Positions 30,665 to 32,000 of a stretch of 32,000 nt of DNA are shown here, in pieces. The translations under genes and the position numbers were made by a program. The stretch is from Jeongeupia chitinilytica. Lineage in GTDB: Bacteria; Pseudomonadota; Gammaproteobacteria; Burkholderiales; Chitinibacteraceae. The notes beneath the pieces are model-generated. The model had not been told where the DNA came from. It was given only the letters and a program-made list of their open reading frames with translations, and did not search any database. How positions within the stretch are numbered: the first letter of the stretch is position 1; the number at the start of each line of letters is the position of its first letter. The stretch lies in contig NZ_BMYO01000003.1 in assembly GCF_014652315.1 (NCBI RefSeq), forward strand, positions 286,914 through 318,913, in the 5' to 3' direction.

Positions 30665-32000
30665 ATGAAGCCCTTCCCCGCCCCGCGCCACTTCGCTCCC
30701 GGCCTGCTGCTCAGCATCCTGGCCAGCGTCAGTGCCACATCGTCGCTGGCTGACGAACCCCAGCAGGTGGGCAACCCGCCACTGCTGCACGCCGCCATTT
30801 CCCCGCAGATGAATGCCGGCCACGCCAAGCTCCGGGTCAACCTGCTGGCCAAACCGGCGACTACCGAGCTGGAACCTGGCATTCCGCGCGAGGTGTATTT
30901 CGACCTTGCCATCCGCTATGTGAACGGCTGGATTCGCAATCCTTCGGTAGAAAAGCCTGGCGAGGTGAAGTACGACAAGGTGCAGTTGCGCAGCTATGTG
31001 CAGGGCGATGGCAGCAAGGCCAAACCACTGGATCCCCCTACCAGCTGGAGCAAACCCGGCCAGACCGTATACGTTGCGCCGCAGATCGAGGCCTATCCGG
31101 GCCAGACGGTGCGCATCACGCTCAACAACGACCTGCCGCAGGATCCAAGCTGCAGGCCGCAAGGCGGCAGCGCCAATACACCGCACTGCTTCAACGGCAC
31201 CAATCTGCACTCGCACGGCCTGTGGGTGAACCCGGCCGGCAACAGCGACAACGTGTTGCTGGCCATCAACCCCGGCGTGGGTTTCCAGTACGAATACAAC
31301 ATTCCGCCCACGCATCCGGCAGGTACTTTCTGGTATCACACCCACCAGCACGGCTCGACCGCGCTGCAGGTATCGAGCGGCATGGCCGGTGCGCTGATCG
31401 TGCGTGGTACACGCGTGCCGACGCCAAACGAAAATGGCGATATCGATACGCTGCTCAAGCCCTATGGCAACACCACCTTTCCCGAGCGGGTGATGGTGTT
31501 CCAGCAGATCCAGTATGCCTGCCGCTTCAAGGAAGGCGATCTCAAGGGCCAGATCAAGACCTACGGCAACGACCCGCTGCCGGGCCAGAAGCCCAACCCG
31601 GAAGACAACCGCTACAAGTGCGATGAAGGCGACGTGGGCGCCATCACCGGCTATGACCAGTTCGGCCCCGGCACATGGCAATCGTCCGGCCGCTATACCA
31701 GCATCAATGGCGTGGTGCTGGGCACGCTGGGCACGCTGGGCAAAGCCAAGGTCGGCACCATCGAGCGTTGGCGCATGATCCACGGTGGCGTGCGCGATAC
31801 CATTTCGCTGCAAATCCGTCGCCGCGCAGCTGGTGCGCCACGCCTGGGCGCATTAAGCGCAGCGGACACCAGCGACTACGTGAAACGCTATTGCACCGGT
31901 GCGGCGTTGGACCTGCCGCTGGTGGCGGCCGACGGCCTGACCATGGGCAAGGCGCTGTTCAAGAAAACCGCCGTATTCCAGCCCGGCTATCGCTGGGACG
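30665..32000 (+). CDS. Secreted multicopper oxidase (laccase-like), N-terminal about 445 codons; continues past the right edge
   Basis: Not in the ORF track (open at the edge). My translation from ATG 30665 reads MKPFPAPRHFAPGLLLSILASVSATSSLADEP... (signal peptide), then ...NGTNLHSHGLWVNPAG... and ...PAGTFWYHTHQHGSTALQ... (the two N-terminal HxH copper motifs of MCOs). The minus ORF 30455..31813 is its antisense shadow. Confidence 0.8.
   Translation, partial: MKPFPAPRHFAPGLLLSILASVSATSSLADEPQQVGNPPLLHAAISPQMNAGHAKLRVNLLAKPATTELEPGIPREVYFDLAIRYVNGWIRNPSVEKPGEVKYDKVQLRSYVQGDGSKAKPLDPPTSWSKPGQTVYVAPQIEAYPGQTVRITLNNDLPQDPSCRPQGGSANTPHCFNGTNLHSHGLWVNPAGNSDNVLLAINPGVGFQYEYNIPPTHPAGTFWYHTHQHGSTALQVSSGMAGALIVRGTRVPTPNENGDIDTLLKPYGNTTFPERVMVFQQIQYACRFKEGDLKGQIKTYGNDPLPGQKPNPEDNRYKCDEGDVGAITGYDQFGPGTWQSSGRYTSINGVVLGTLGTLGKAKVGTIERWRMIHGGVRDTISLQIRRRAAGAPRLGALSAADTSDYVKRYCTGAALDLPLVAADGLTMGKALFKKTAVFQPGYRWD

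Noticed and set aside
30455-31813. 452-aa minus-strand ORF
   Set aside because: Antisense to the plus-strand multicopper oxidase (signal peptide, HSHG and HTHQHG motifs). It starts in the AT-rich intergenic region with an implausible N-terminus.

Overview
High-GC proteobacterial chromosome segment. Gene content looks beta-proteobacterial (Chromobacterium/Neisseriales-like), but the taxon cannot be verified from the window. Positions 1-19.2 kb are ordinary core genome: mfd (partial), a MASE1-PAS-GGDEF-EAL c-di-GMP protein, rlmB, the prfB-lysS pair, a giant (1581 aa) NAD-glutamate dehydrogenase, a DUF1631-like protein, the ABC-F ATPase yheS, and adhE with a perfect FNR box. Positions 19.2-27.5 kb are accessory. 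They hold a complete ~7.2 kb filamentous (inovirus, Xf/Cf/phiLf-like) prophage on the minus strand, in the order Rep (RstA type), ssDNA-binding candidate, two small proteins, major coat, pIII-like, pVI-like, Zot/pI, micro-lipoprotein. It has a divergent XRE-type repressor with an operator array and no integrase. It is bounded by a perfect 21-bp direct repeat that corresponds to the central region plus XerD arm of a dif site, so it appears to be a XerCD-exploiting integrated element. Its dif-proximal end carries a convergent two-gene cassette: a small HTH/DUF3653-like protein and an N-terminally membrane-anchored DUF2726/PD-(D/E)xK-like nuclease. A second copy of only this cassette sits directly behind the second dif-like site (26.4-27.5 kb). 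There the nuclease gene is ~93% identical at DNA level, while the partner gene has diverged beyond nucleotide recognition. I regard this duplicated cassette as the best candidate for an undescribed system (exclusion/defence or Xer/lysogeny control). Positions 27.5-32 kb hold a three-gene tyrosinase operon (type-3 copper oxidase with a CxH motif and C-terminal lid domain, an unknown 144-aa protein, an unknown polytopic membrane protein). It is divergent from a secreted multicopper oxidase across an AT-rich control region. Many long ORFs in the track are GC-driven antisense shadows of real genes. No rRNA, tRNA or CRISPR array was seen.
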